This document shows, piece by piece, positions 16,781-26,399 of a DNA stretch of 64,000 bases; the first letter of the stretch is position 1; each line of letters opens with the position of its first letter. The notes below the pieces were generated by a model. The model was not told the DNA's origin. It did not search any database and worked only from the letters and a program-made list of their open reading frames with translations. A program made the translations under genes and the position numbers. Source of the DNA: a virus; IMG/VR virus record IMGVR_UViG_3300036770_003386, positions 20,139 to 84,138 of that record. One strand, given 5' to 3'.

Positions 16781-17212
16781 TTAATTAAACCCTGCTTGGA
16801 AACGGTGCCATTCCAGTGCGTTTTTTATTTGAAACGTCCTATTTGATATACACTTAATAATCTCTTCAAGAAACTTCAGCATAATGTCATAATATCTAAT
16901 TTTAAGATCAACTTTATTCAGTTTCTCATCGGCATCCATATGCCTCTGTAAGGCATCCTTTTCTCTAACTTTATACGGAAATGGTTCTTCGACGTAAACC
17001 TCTGCTGGTGCCTTTCCAGTGTAATAATTGTAGCGTTCTAGTTTAACTCTATTGTAAGTTTCTCTTGCTTTTTCTCTAAGTAGAGTAATTGTATTGTATA
17101 TGGTATAATATTTGGAGTGAAGTTGCGGAATCTTTAAAGATTCATCATGTAAATTATCAGGATCTATGACAGAATCTCTCTCCCACATTTCCTGAATTTG
17201 TTCAAGATTCAT
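16781..17212 (-). CDS. uvsY: recombination mediator UvsY
   Basis: MNLEQIQEMWERDSVID...IPQLHSKY...RTFQIKNALEW. Confidence 0.88.
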   Translation of the reverse strand: MNLEQIQEMWERDSVIDPDNLHDESLKIPQLHSKYYTIYNTITLLREKARETYNRVKLERYNYYTGKAPAEVYVEEPFPYKVREKDALQRHMDADEKLNKVDLKIRYYDIMLKFLEEIIKCISNRTFQIKNALEWHRFQAGFN

Positions 17213-17754
17213 AAAGGCCTATTTTGCATATTTAAGATATTATAGACAGTATACTTGAAAGATACCTCTGCTGTAAAGTATTGTATATCAGTTGCTGTTG
17301 CATTAAAATCTAAAGAAGTTAATGAAACTGGAAATAAGTCTTTGAACTTTACCTGTGCTTTTGGATTATAATTGCTATTCAATATAATTAATGTACCATC
17401 ACTAAAAAAGTTTAAAGGATCTCTTATACCATCTTCATTTAATTGATTCGCGTACTGTTCGGTAGTTTCTGGAAATCCAAGAGAAGTTAACCATTTATGT
17501 ATCGTTGTATAGTTAACTAATTCTTCGTCAACTAAAAATCTTAAAGTTAAATCGGAATAAGTAAGTTGATCACCGGGAACATCAATTTGCTTTAAGTATG
17601 ACGATTGTATTTGTGTCTCTAAAGATATTTCTGGAATCTTTGCTGAATTGCAGAAAAATGAAACTTTTGGATATTTTGCTAAAGAAAACTCAAATCCTAC
17701 TGGAGATAAAAAGTTTCTATTTTGTAATTGTTTATTAAAAGGAGAAGTTGCCAT
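17209..17754 (-). CDS. gp3: tail completion/sheath stabiliser (T4 gp3)
   Basis: NFLSPVGFEF...PGDQLTYSDLTLRFLVDE...FKDLFPVSL. Confidence 0.88.
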   Translation of the reverse strand: MATSPFNKQLQNRNFLSPVGFEFSLAKYPKVSFFCNSAKIPEISLETQIQSSYLKQIDVPGDQLTYSDLTLRFLVDEELVNYTTIHKWLTSLGFPETTEQYANQLNEDGIRDPLNFFSDGTLIILNSNYNPKAQVKFKDLFPVSLTSLDFNATATDIQYFTAEVSFKYTVYNILNMQNRPL

Positions 17755-17760
17755 TATTTT

Positions 17761-17997
17761 TTATAAAGGGGAAAACATTGTACTTCCAACAAGTCTTTTT
17801 ACAAATTTATCCGAATAAGATGAATTTGGTTTTGGAGTTTGTTTTTTTGGTTTTGATAAACTCATAGGAGGTGGACCAGCAGGTCTCATTGCAGATTGTA
17901 TATTTTTTTGCACTCCCGCATCACTAAGTTTAAATACGCTATTTGGACTTATTGGATCTCCTACTGCCTCATTAATAAATTGTTTGAATGTCTTCAT
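17761..17997 (-). CDS. small protein with T4 internal-protein-like capsid-targeting N-terminus
   Basis: MKTFKQFINE resembles T4 IP N-termini (MKTFKEF.., MKTYQEFIAE); TCTAAATA upstream. Confidence 0.6.
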   Translation of the reverse strand: MKTFKQFINEAVGDPISPNSVFKLSDAGVQKNIQSAMRPAGPPPMSLSKPKKQTPKPNSSYSDKFVKRLVGSTMFSPL

Positions 17998-18009
17998 TCT
18001 TTTTATTTT

Positions 18010-18017
18010 TATTTAGA
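18010..18017 (-). promoter_or_regulatory. late promoter variant TCTAAATA
   Basis: Immediately after the gp23 terminator, 12 nt before ATG at 17997. Confidence 0.5.
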
Positions 18018-18018
18018 T

Positions 18019-18044
18019 AAAAAAAGACCCCCTTTCGGGGGTCT
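18019..18044 (-). terminator. intrinsic terminator after major capsid gene
   Basis: AGACCCCC-GAAA-GGGGGTCT followed by TTTTTT. Confidence 0.85.
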
Positions 18045-18064
18045 GATAGATATGTGAATCGAGA

Positions 18065-19480
18065 TCACATGAGGTTGCTGATTGCAACTCTTCTGTAGTA
18101 AGCGTTCTTATTACGGGTAAGAGCACCTTGTCCAACATCTGCACCTTCAGCGAATGGGTTAGCAACAAGACCATATCTGGTCTTAAAGCCGATCTTAGGC
18201 TGGAAGGTGTTCTCACCAACGGCACGAACCATTTGGAGAGGAACATATGGGCAGTAGAAGAGTCCTGCGTCATAAGGATTAGCACCCTTATAACCAACTA
18301 CGTAGTACTGACCACCAGAAGCGCCAGGGTTTGAACCACCAGCATAAGGATCGATATAAACACGATACTTACCTTGGAGAACACCAGCGAAGGTATTACC
18401 AGTCTCATCAACCTGAAGGTTAGCGTTGAGTGCAGGGGTGTAGTCGAGAACGCCTGCCATGGTGAGTGCAGAAGCAACATCAGCAGAGCAAAGGATCATG
18501 TTACCCTTTCCTCTACGAGTTGTGTTTGCAATAGCATTTGCATCACGCTCGATTTGGAAGATCAGACCCTTGAACTTCTCAACAGACCAACGACCATTGG
18601 AGTCAACGTCGAGGTCAAAAGTACCTGCAGTAGCAACGTTGTGCTGAGCACCAGGTCTAGCAACGTTGTAGATGGTACGGATGATTTCGCGGTTGATTTC
18701 AGCAAGAATCTCAGTTGAGAGAATATTTGCTAATTCAGCCTCAGCATTCAGACCATGAATTGCCTTCAGGTCTTGTGCGAGTTCGAGTGAGTACTCAGCT
18801 TTCAGTGCGCGTGACTTAGCAGTTACGGTGACTTTCTCGATTGAGAATGCCATCTGGTTGAATGCACCAGAACCGTCTCCAAGATCTTCTGCACTGTCAG
18901 TACGCATACCCTGACCTACGTTGTAGGTAGTTGCGTCAGTTGGAGGAACAGTACCATCAAGGATTCCAGGATTGCTACCTGATTGTGCGGTAGTACCCAT
19001 ACCAACGCTAGCACCAGTGAATCCACTGGTAACGTTGAAGGATCCACTCTGACCAGAGAATGCAGAATTTGCTTCATTGTAGAACGCTTCAGTTCCACTC
19101 TGGTCATTATAGCGGGAACGCATTGCGAAGATGAGTCCAGTAGGACCGTTCATTGGTTGAACACCACACAGGTCATAAGCGACCAGGTTGGGCATTGCGC
19201 GACGGATCAGGGAGATCAGAACAGGGTCGAAACCTGCGGTAGGACCAGCACTGAATCCTTGTGCGCTACCACCAAAACCAGCAGCACCAGTAGTAGAAGC
19301 GGTGAAGTTGGTTGGTGATTCGTGAAGAAACTCGCGTGCTTCACGGAGTTCTTTTTCTTGGTTTTCGAGCAGGATAGCGGTTACAGCTCTACGATGTGAA
19401 TCTTTGATTTCATCGAGTCCTGAGTAGTCCAGGATAGGTGCCCACTTCTCCTGCAAATATTCTGCGTTGAACATTTGCAT
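18065..19480 (-). CDS. gp23: major capsid protein (T4 gp23)
   Basis: FDPVLISLIRRAMPNL, GVQPMNGPTGLIFAMRS, KSRALKAEYS, GLFYCPYVPL. Confidence 0.98.
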   Translation of the reverse strand: MQMFNAEYLQEKWAPILDYSGLDEIKDSHRRAVTAILLENQEKELREAREFLHESPTNFTASTTGAAGFGGSAQGFSAGPTAGFDPVLISLIRRAMPNLVAYDLCGVQPMNGPTGLIFAMRSRYNDQSGTEAFYNEANSAFSGQSGSFNVTSGFTGASVGMGTTAQSGSNPGILDGTVPPTDATTYNVGQGMRTDSAEDLGDGSGAFNQMAFSIEKVTVTAKSRALKAEYSLELAQDLKAIHGLNAEAELANILSTEILAEINREIIRTIYNVARPGAQHNVATAGTFDLDVDSNGRWSVEKFKGLIFQIERDANAIANTTRRGKGNMILCSADVASALTMAGVLDYTPALNANLQVDETGNTFAGVLQGKYRVYIDPYAGGSNPGASGGQYYVVGYKGANPYDAGLFYCPYVPLQMVRAVGENTFQPKIGFKTRYGLVANPFAEGADVGQGALTRNKNAYYRRVAISNLM

Positions 19481-19531
19481 TGGATTTTACCTCTTTTAAA
19501 AAATTTAGTTTGATTGTTTATGATTTAAAAA

Positions 19532-20659
19532 TCACTTCTTGGCGACTCTACTGAGAGTCTGAAGATATGCTCCCATCATTGGTGATACAGATTCAGTTAA
19601 ATCTGAACCATAAGAAGTCTCTTCAGATAATGTCTCGGAGTCATCTCTTTGAGTACCAGCAGGTCTGGTTGGGAAATATGATTCCCTCAGAGTTACCAGT
19701 TTCTCACGATAGTTTTCTTCACTATCAAACTCAACATTTTCTGCAAGAGAAGCGAGTTTGTCCTTCTGAGAAAGTGCGAGACCCTCAGCGACATCTGCAA
19801 AGATTACATCAGCAACCGACTCTGCTAATCTTCTATTCAGAGCAATATTTCTTTCAATTTGCTCGTTGAGTTTTTCTTCCATTTCATCAAGTTTATCTAC
19901 CATACTCTCGATTACATCATATCTATCTTCAGGGATTGAAACATAATGATCTTCAAAAAGACCTTTCATTCCTTGGAGGAATGATTCTGTCATTTCGGTC
20001 TTAAGACCGTGCTCAACTGCGAGTGCATTCTCTTGAATCCACTCGTCAGCAACATACTCAAGATAAGCGTCTAAACGCTCAGTAAGTTCTTGTTTGATGA
20101 ACTCAACTTCTTCAACAAGAGCATTTTCATAAGTCTCTTGAAGTTGTTCTTTAATTTCAGAAACTTTTGAACGAATAGCAGTCTCAAAAATAGTACGTGC
20201 TTTTTCTTGAAACTCCTCAGAAAGCTCTTCACCAGCAAGAAGAGCATTGACATCTTCTTCGATATCAAATTCTTCTTCTACTACTTCTTCTTCGTCGTCA
20301 CCTTCTTCTGTGACTTCTTCTTCTGCTACTTCTTCTTCACCACCCTCTTCTGCAACTACCTCTTCCTCTTCTTCGGAAATAGTTTCAGATTCTTCATCAA
20401 CAGTTTCTTCTTTAACTGCTGCTGCTTTTGCATTAACAACATCCTTTACTTGAGCAAGAGTTGTTGCTGGATCTTTAATTTTTGCAGAATCGTCGTCTGG
20501 ACGATAGTTATCTGGAGTAGGGCCACCTAAATCTTCCCATGCACCAGTCTGCCCAGGTGTTGCGACACCGGAAGCATTTCCAGATTGCATTGGTTCTGCA
20601 GGTTTTGCGCCTTTGGTTACTACGTTTTCCATTTCTTGTAAATTTTTACCAACGGACAT
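19532..20659 (-). CDS. gp22: prohead core scaffold (T4 gp22)
   Basis: Very acidic; ELSEEFQEKARTIFETA, VDAYLEYVADEW-type motifs; synteny. Confidence 0.9.
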   Translation of the reverse strand: MSVGKNLQEMENVVTKGAKPAEPMQSGNASGVATPGQTGAWEDLGGPTPDNYRPDDDSAKIKDPATTLAQVKDVVNAKAAAVKEETVDEESETISEEEEEVVAEEGGEEEVAEEEVTEEGDDEEEVVEEEFDIEEDVNALLAGEELSEEFQEKARTIFETAIRSKVSEIKEQLQETYENALVEEVEFIKQELTERLDAYLEYVADEWIQENALAVEHGLKTEMTESFLQGMKGLFEDHYVSIPEDRYDVIESMVDKLDEMEEKLNEQIERNIALNRRLAESVADVIFADVAEGLALSQKDKLASLAENVEFDSEENYREKLVTLRESYFPTRPAGTQRDDSETLSEETSYGSDLTESVSPMMGAYLQTLSRVAKK

Positions 20660-20690
20660 TTGTTTTAGATCGTTTATTATAATCTATATT

Positions 20691-20698
20691 TATTTATA
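20691..20698 (-). promoter_or_regulatory. late promoter TATAAATA
   Basis: Exact consensus upstream of gp22. Confidence 0.7.
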
Positions 20699-20700
20699 AT

Positions 20701-21351
20701 TTATAAATTTGAAAGAAACTCTTGGAACAATAAAACCTTATTTTCTTGAAAAGTTCTTTCATCAACTAAAGTATTAATTCTACGCTTTGTTGATTCGGCA
20801 AGTCTTTCACGAAGAATTCCACCTTCCCAAATCCACTCTTTACCTTCCATAATTCCTTGAACAAAAGCATCAGGAGCAGAAGGATCGGCAACGATATCAG
20901 CAGCAGTTGCTAACATGAAATCTTCGCCAACAACTTTATGACCTTCATTAGTCATTTTAAGTGATCCTACTCCACGAGAAGAAACACCAAGGCAAACACC
21001 TTCACCAATTAATGATTGGGCAATTTTACCCATTGGTGTATCAAGAAGTTGTGCCTTACCTCTAAAATTATTTCCCTCACACTGAAGAGAAACAATTTTA
21101 TGAGAAACACGATCAAGATTTACAGTTGGACCATCTGGGTGACCAAGTTCACCTAAAGCACGTCCTTTATTGACAAAAGATTCTGTATATCTCTTTACTT
21201 CACGGGAGAGTGTTTCCATAGGATACATTCTTCCATTACGATTACAAATGTCTCCCTGAAGGAAGATTCCCTCAATAAACATTTTTTTAGAATTACCCTT
21301 TCCTTCGGTAATAAATTTAACTTCTGATACTTCTTCCGTGATTAATTTCAT
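20701..21351 (-). CDS. gp21: prohead protease (T4 gp21)
   Basis: NRNGRMYP, GELGHP, GVSSRGVGS, DIVADPSAPDA. Confidence 0.95.
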   Translation of the reverse strand: MKLITEEVSEVKFITEGKGNSKKMFIEGIFLQGDICNRNGRMYPMETLSREVKRYTESFVNKGRALGELGHPDGPTVNLDRVSHKIVSLQCEGNNFRGKAQLLDTPMGKIAQSLIGEGVCLGVSSRGVGSLKMTNEGHKVVGEDFMLATAADIVADPSAPDAFVQGIMEGKEWIWEGGILRERLAESTKRRINTLVDERTFQENKVLLFQEFLSNL

Positions 21352-21355
21352 GGTT

Positions 21356-21622
21356 TTAATTTGTAAATCCTACTTTTGTTCCTCTAACTAAAGCACTATC
21401 TGCAAAAACACAATGACTTGCAACTTTTACAAGTTGTTCAACAGAACCACCTGGCATAGTGATAGAACCGATACCTGTTCCTCCTTGAGTTTCAACAACT
21501 GATACAACATGAGAAGAAGTATCTGTATTTACAAGACGAACTACAGTTGCAGAACTAAAACTAGTTGCAGTCCCAGTTAATATTGGCAGTGCAATCTCAT
21601 CACCTAAAATTTTTGTTGTCAT
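21356..21622 (-). CDS. hypothetical virion-associated protein
   Basis: 88 aa in head operon between gp20 and gp21. Confidence 0.65.
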   Translation of the reverse strand: MTTKILGDEIALPILTGTATSFSSATVVRLVNTDTSSHVVSVVETQGGTGIGSITMPGGSVEQLVKVASHCVFADSALVRGTKVGFTN

Positions 21623-21825
21623 TATTCCTCTTCCTGATCTTGATTATCATCATATTCAAGTTCATCTTCACTCTCAACATCTTCCACTTCAAACATAGCA
21701 TTTGCAACATAAGGACGAATTTGGTCAATTTTTTCTGTTGATTTTGCAAAAAGTGCTGCTTTAATGCCGTCAGAAATTTCTGCAGGAGAAGAATCTGTCG
21801 CAATCAAATCGATAATGTTTTCCAT
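21622..21825 (-). CDS. prohead core protein (gp67-like)
   Basis: 67 aa with acidic tail, directly after gp20 as for T4 gp67. Confidence 0.5.
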   Translation of the reverse strand: MENIIDLIATDSSPAEISDGIKAALFAKSTEKIDQIRPYVANAMFEVEDVESEDELEYDDNQDQEEE

Positions 21826-21849
21826 AAAGTTATTTTATTATTATATTGA

Positions 21850-21857
21850 TATTTATA
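21850..21857 (-). promoter_or_regulatory. late promoter TATAAATA
   Basis: Exact consensus overlapping the gp20 stop. Confidence 0.65.
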
Positions 21858-23541
21858 TTTTTCCACCTTTTGGTTTAATTTCAGGTGGTTGAACCATAGA
21901 TGCATCAATTCCTGGTTCTTCTGGAACTTCTCCAAGAGGTGCTTCCTCTGCTCCAGTCATGCCCTGTTTTGGTGAAACTCCTTCACCTTCTTGTGGAATG
22001 GGATTTCCCATTTCATCAACTGGAGCATTTGGATCTGGTAAAATGCCCCTCTGAATTTCATCTTGAATTTGCAAATCAATTTCAATAATTTCTGAATCAG
22101 TTTGACGAAGTACTCTTTTTCTTACATATTCTGTTGAATAATATTTTCCAATATAAGGTTCTATAGTGGTTGCAAGAGTCAATCTATTAGTTAACATTTC
22201 CGACTCTTTTAATTCAGCAAACTGATTATCATAAAGAAAATCATATTGAATATGATCTTCCATTTTTTCCCAGTCTTCTGGTGATACTATATTTTTTAAT
22301 AATAATTGAGTGCGAAGCATGTCACTAAACATGCTTGCAAATCTTTTTCTAAGTCTTCCTACAAACTTTGCAAATTTTAATTCGTCTCTGAGAATTTCAG
22401 ATGATCTACCTAGGTTAAAACCAGTGTCTCCAGTAATTCTTGATTCTGGAACATTTAATGAACGATAAAGTTTCTTTTGAAAATAATTAACATCTGATAA
22501 TTCTCCAAGATTTTGACCTCCAGGTAAAGTAGTGATTTCTGTGCCTCTACCACCCTCTCTTCTTGGAAGCCAAAAATCTTCAAGCATACTCATGAATTTA
22601 CGATCATCACGAACTTCACCAGTATTAGCATCGTAAACAAGTTTGTTACGATAGCGACTCATGACCTCTTTTAGATATTGCTCAGCCTTTACTTTAGGAA
22701 GATTTCCAACATCAATATAAAAAATACGACGTTCTGGTGCTCTTGACAATCTATAGATAACCAAAGAATCTTCAATCATTCTTAATTGATTGAGTGCCTT
22801 GATTGCTTTATGAAGATAAGATAAAATAGTTCCCTTGTTTCTATCAACTAAACCTGATGTACAGTATGTAATTGAATCTTTAGTTATTTTAATTCCTTTT
22901 TGTGGTCTACTGTTATATGAAGTTAATGAATAACTTGACGATGGAGTGTAGATATAATATTCTTCTATTTCTGGAAACTTAACATCTTCCTGCCCTGCTA
23001 AAAATCTTGTTGATTGCTGATTTTTTACTTTCTTTTCTTGCTTAACATGCTTTATTCGCATGGAATCAATATAACGTATTTCCTGTATTCCATCTTCTGG
23101 TCTTTTTACATCAATAACTTTCAGGTAAAATAATCTTCCATCAACATACCAATTCCTAAAAATTTCATGACATTTTCTATCAAAATCCATCATTTCTTTA
23201 ATGGATTTAAATTCTTTACGCATAATCTCTTTCAACTTGTCACTTGCATTCAAGTTTGAAAGTTCTATTTCTACAGGAGAATCATATAAGTCACTTACCA
23301 ATGCTTCATTTACAACATCTTCTATGGCATTGTCACACTCTGGATGCAATGCCATTTCTCTATATCTTTTAATTAAATCGTACTCTGTACGATAAACACC
23401 TTCAATATCAACATACTGACCATAAAAACCACTTTGTATATAATGATCAACCCCGTCCTCATTTGAAGGAGGTACGGGGGATACTATAGACTTAGATTTT
23501 TTTTCGCTATCCTCAATTGAAAAACCAAAAAGTTTCGCCAT
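21853..23541 (-). CDS. gp20: portal protein (T4 gp20)
   Basis: MAKLFGFSI, RAPERRIFYIDVGNLPK, EDFWLPRREGGRGTEITTLPGGQNL. Confidence 0.98.
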   Translation of the reverse strand: MAKLFGFSIEDSEKKSKSIVSPVPPSNEDGVDHYIQSGFYGQYVDIEGVYRTEYDLIKRYREMALHPECDNAIEDVVNEALVSDLYDSPVEIELSNLNASDKLKEIMRKEFKSIKEMMDFDRKCHEIFRNWYVDGRLFYLKVIDVKRPEDGIQEIRYIDSMRIKHVKQEKKVKNQQSTRFLAGQEDVKFPEIEEYYIYTPSSSYSLTSYNSRPQKGIKITKDSITYCTSGLVDRNKGTILSYLHKAIKALNQLRMIEDSLVIYRLSRAPERRIFYIDVGNLPKVKAEQYLKEVMSRYRNKLVYDANTGEVRDDRKFMSMLEDFWLPRREGGRGTEITTLPGGQNLGELSDVNYFQKKLYRSLNVPESRITGDTGFNLGRSSEILRDELKFAKFVGRLRKRFASMFSDMLRTQLLLKNIVSPEDWEKMEDHIQYDFLYDNQFAELKESEMLTNRLTLATTIEPYIGKYYSTEYVRKRVLRQTDSEIIEIDLQIQDEIQRGILPDPNAPVDEMGNPIPQEGEGVSPKQGMTGAEEAPLGEVPEEPGIDASMVQPPEIKPKGGKI

Positions 23542-23569
23542 TTTATAAATTTAACTGCTTATTATGTAT

Positions 23570-23577
23570 TATTTATC
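23570..23577 (-). promoter_or_regulatory. late promoter variant GATAAATA
   Basis: At gp19 stop, upstream of gp20. Confidence 0.5.
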
Positions 23578-24166
23578 AATTGATATTTGTTCCACCAGAT
23601 ACGGGAGAATTACCCTTGAGTGCTTCCCACCAAAGAACTTGCATTTCTACAGTAAATTCTTGAATATTGGCATTGTCTGCGGAAACAGGAATTGCTGCAA
23701 CGGAAGTTGGGAAAAGATCATATAAATGATATGCTCTTAAAGTTTTTCCGTCACGATCTAATTGATAGACAAATGCATCTGCAGTATATGAAGCTGGATC
23801 TGTTGCACCAGTTCCATCAGAAACTCTATTGATTTTGTTGACCCAGTTTTCAAATGCTGAGCGAATGCTAAAGTCAGTGTCGTTAACAATTGTAATTGTC
23901 CAACTTTCAAAAGATCTGTCACCAGCAACTTTTAATGTACGACCTCTAAAAGGCACATCGATCATTGCAACTTGAGATGCTGGTAAGTTAGCAGCTTTAA
24001 TTAAAAATCTAGATTTTTCTAAAACTGCATTTTCAACTTTTGCAATATCCGGAAAAGAAATTACAACTTCAAATAGATTACTTCTTGCACCACCTCCAGT
24101 TAACTGACTTTTGAAGTCAGTAATTTTTCTAAGAGGAGGTGGATTAAATTGTGTTCTTGTTGCCAT
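23576..24166 (-). CDS. gp19: tail tube protein (T4 gp19)
   Basis: GGGARSNLFEV, VPFRGRTLKVAGDRSFESWTITIVND. Confidence 0.95.
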   Translation of the reverse strand: MATRTQFNPPPLRKITDFKSQLTGGGARSNLFEVVISFPDIAKVENAVLEKSRFLIKAANLPASQVAMIDVPFRGRTLKVAGDRSFESWTITIVNDTDFSIRSAFENWVNKINRVSDGTGATDPASYTADAFVYQLDRDGKTLRAYHLYDLFPTSVAAIPVSADNANIQEFTVEMQVLWWEALKGNSPVSGGTNIN

Positions 24167-24183
24167 TTGATTTAACCTCTAAA

Positions 24184-26337
24184 TTAGAAATTGCCGATTA
24201 CTTCTTCAAAAGCGACACCAGTTCTGGTGGCAATGAAGGTCAGACCAATGAAGTTTATTGACTTCGCTGGTTTGATGTAAATATCTGCAACAAACTCGTT
24301 AGCATCAATAATTGCAGGAGTGTTGTTAGTTTCATCGCAGACTACAACATAATCAAAGATACCTCTCTTAGATTGGACATCTCTTAAGAATGGTTCAACA
24401 ATATTAACAAAGTTTGTTCTGGTTAATTCGTCATTAAACTCAAAGAGTTGATCCTTTGCTGCTGCAGAAATTGCATTTTCAAGGTAAACGAACAATCTAC
24501 GAACATTAATTCTATCAAATGCAGATGCTTTTCCGTATCCAGTTTTATCTCCAAAGAGAATGATACCATCTCCAGGAGATAAAATCACAGAATTAATTCT
24601 GTTTGTATAAAGACGATCTCTTTGAATTTTTCCTGGATTATATGCAAGTTTAACTGCATTCAAGATTGCTCCTCTGGTAGTTCCTGCTGGAGAATACCAT
24701 GGGAAATTGTTAATATCATTTCTTGCACAACAACCAGCAATGTCTCCATTTAAAGGAACATATCTGAATGTGCTATTGAATCTATCATACATGTACTTAT
24801 AACCACTATCGAAAATGGCATAAGTTGATGATGCGACTGGAGCGTAGAAACTAACTACATTTTCAGTAACTGTATCAACATCTCTGATTGTTTCAGCAAT
24901 CTGTGATGATGTATCAGTAATTGCAGCACCTCTGTATGGTGAGATGAAAGCAATTGCATCTTTTCTCAATTCTGCAACAGAAATTAGTTTATTTGCAAGT
25001 GCTTGAGCATCTTCTTTAGCATAACCTGCAGATCCCATCAGAAGAAAATCAATATCAGTTTCTTCCTCATTAATAAATGCATCATATCCTGAGATTATTT
25101 CTCCAAGTGTAGCAGATAACGAACCAGCGGTATCTATAGTGGAATTTCCATCATAGTTCTTTCCTCCACTGAGTGACAGATCTAAAGCACCACCACCAGC
25201 AAAAATAACATCTTGTGCCTCTTGATCCCAACCAGTATCGGTTGCAAGTTCAAATCCTTCACCAAATCCTGTAGTTACAATACCTGCTGGAGAAGATCCT
25301 GCAAAAATGTATTGTGAACCAGTGGTTAAATACTTTCTCCAGTAAGAAGGACTTCCAGAAGAGTAGAGAGCATCTTTTGCCTTTGAAAGACCTACATGCT
25401 TTTCTAATATTGTTCCAGAATTTCCAGTAATCTTTCCTTCATCATCAATTACTACAATATGCAGTTCGTCAAATCTAGAATTTCTTTCTGCAGCAAATTC
25501 AGAAGTACTTGGTCTTGGTGTCAGTGAATTCCAAGAAACTTGTGTTCCTGATGAAAGAGTAACTTTTTGTTGATCAAACCAATCTAATTCTACTGAATAA
25601 GATCTCGATGTAAACGCCATAGATACATTAGTTGTATGTATACCTACAGTACCATTATCAGCAAAATTATATACACCTAATGGTTGATAATCAACATTAG
25701 TTGCAGTTCCTGCAGCAGATACATGATTAATAACTTTAACGTTAATTTGACTCGCGCCAACTTCAGTAATCACACCTTTTAAATAACCATCTAAAACAGA
25801 AGTGGTTCCTGCTCCAGGTAAAGTATTAGAAATTGCTTGAGTTATTCCATATCCAACTGATACACCGTCAGTATTAAATCCAGTTAAAATTTGATCTGCT
25901 TGAGCATCAATTATTGAAACCTTGATTCCATTTGCCCAAGATCCTGGGTTTTGTGCAAGTACAGTTACATCTGTAATTGGATTATCTAAGTAACCTAACT
26001 CAGTATAATGACCTAAACTTTTTACCTTAATCTCTACGGAACCAGATCTTGCATTTTTTAAGTCAGAACTATCAGTTCTAACAACTTGCATTGTTCCACC
26101 ATATGCCAGATAAGAAGAAGCGACCATCCAATGCTCATAGTGCTTATCTGTAGAATATGGTTTTCCAAAGGTGTTCAGTAAATCATTTTCATTTTCAACT
26201 AAAGTTGGTTCATCTACAGGTCCTTTTGCAAATGGTGATGCGATTGCACCCACAGAAGCTGATACTGGATCTATTCTTCCAACAGTTAAATCAACCTCTC
26301 TTATTAAAATTCCAGGAGATGCTAAATTAAGTGGCAT
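24184..26337 (-). CDS. gp18: tail sheath protein (T4 gp18)
   Basis: LASPGILIREVDLT, WYSPAGTTRG, SAFDRINVRRLF, IKPAKSINFI. Confidence 0.97.
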   Translation of the reverse strand: MPLNLASPGILIREVDLTVGRIDPVSASVGAIASPFAKGPVDEPTLVENENDLLNTFGKPYSTDKHYEHWMVASSYLAYGGTMQVVRTDSSDLKNARSGSVEIKVKSLGHYTELGYLDNPITDVTVLAQNPGSWANGIKVSIIDAQADQILTGFNTDGVSVGYGITQAISNTLPGAGTTSVLDGYLKGVITEVGASQINVKVINHVSAAGTATNVDYQPLGVYNFADNGTVGIHTTNVSMAFTSRSYSVELDWFDQQKVTLSSGTQVSWNSLTPRPSTSEFAAERNSRFDELHIVVIDDEGKITGNSGTILEKHVGLSKAKDALYSSGSPSYWRKYLTTGSQYIFAGSSPAGIVTTGFGEGFELATDTGWDQEAQDVIFAGGGALDLSLSGGKNYDGNSTIDTAGSLSATLGEIISGYDAFINEEETDIDFLLMGSAGYAKEDAQALANKLISVAELRKDAIAFISPYRGAAITDTSSQIAETIRDVDTVTENVVSFYAPVASSTYAIFDSGYKYMYDRFNSTFRYVPLNGDIAGCCARNDINNFPWYSPAGTTRGAILNAVKLAYNPGKIQRDRLYTNRINSVILSPGDGIILFGDKTGYGKASAFDRINVRRLFVYLENAISAAAKDQLFEFNDELTRTNFVNIVEPFLRDVQSKRGIFDYVVVCDETNNTPAIIDANEFVADIYIKPAKSINFIGLTFIATRTGVAFEEVIGNF

Positions 26338-26372
26338 CTTTATTCTCCTACAAGTCCAGAATTATCTAAAAA

Positions 26373-26380
26373 TATTTATA
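26373..26380 (-). promoter_or_regulatory. late promoter TATAAATA
   Basis: Exact consensus upstream of gp18. Confidence 0.75.
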
Positions 26381-26399
26381 ATTTTGTCCGCTTTAAGAC

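Noticed and set aside
20240-20410. TTC-rich low-complexity repeat
   Set aside because: Encodes the ordinary Glu-rich linker of scaffold gp22
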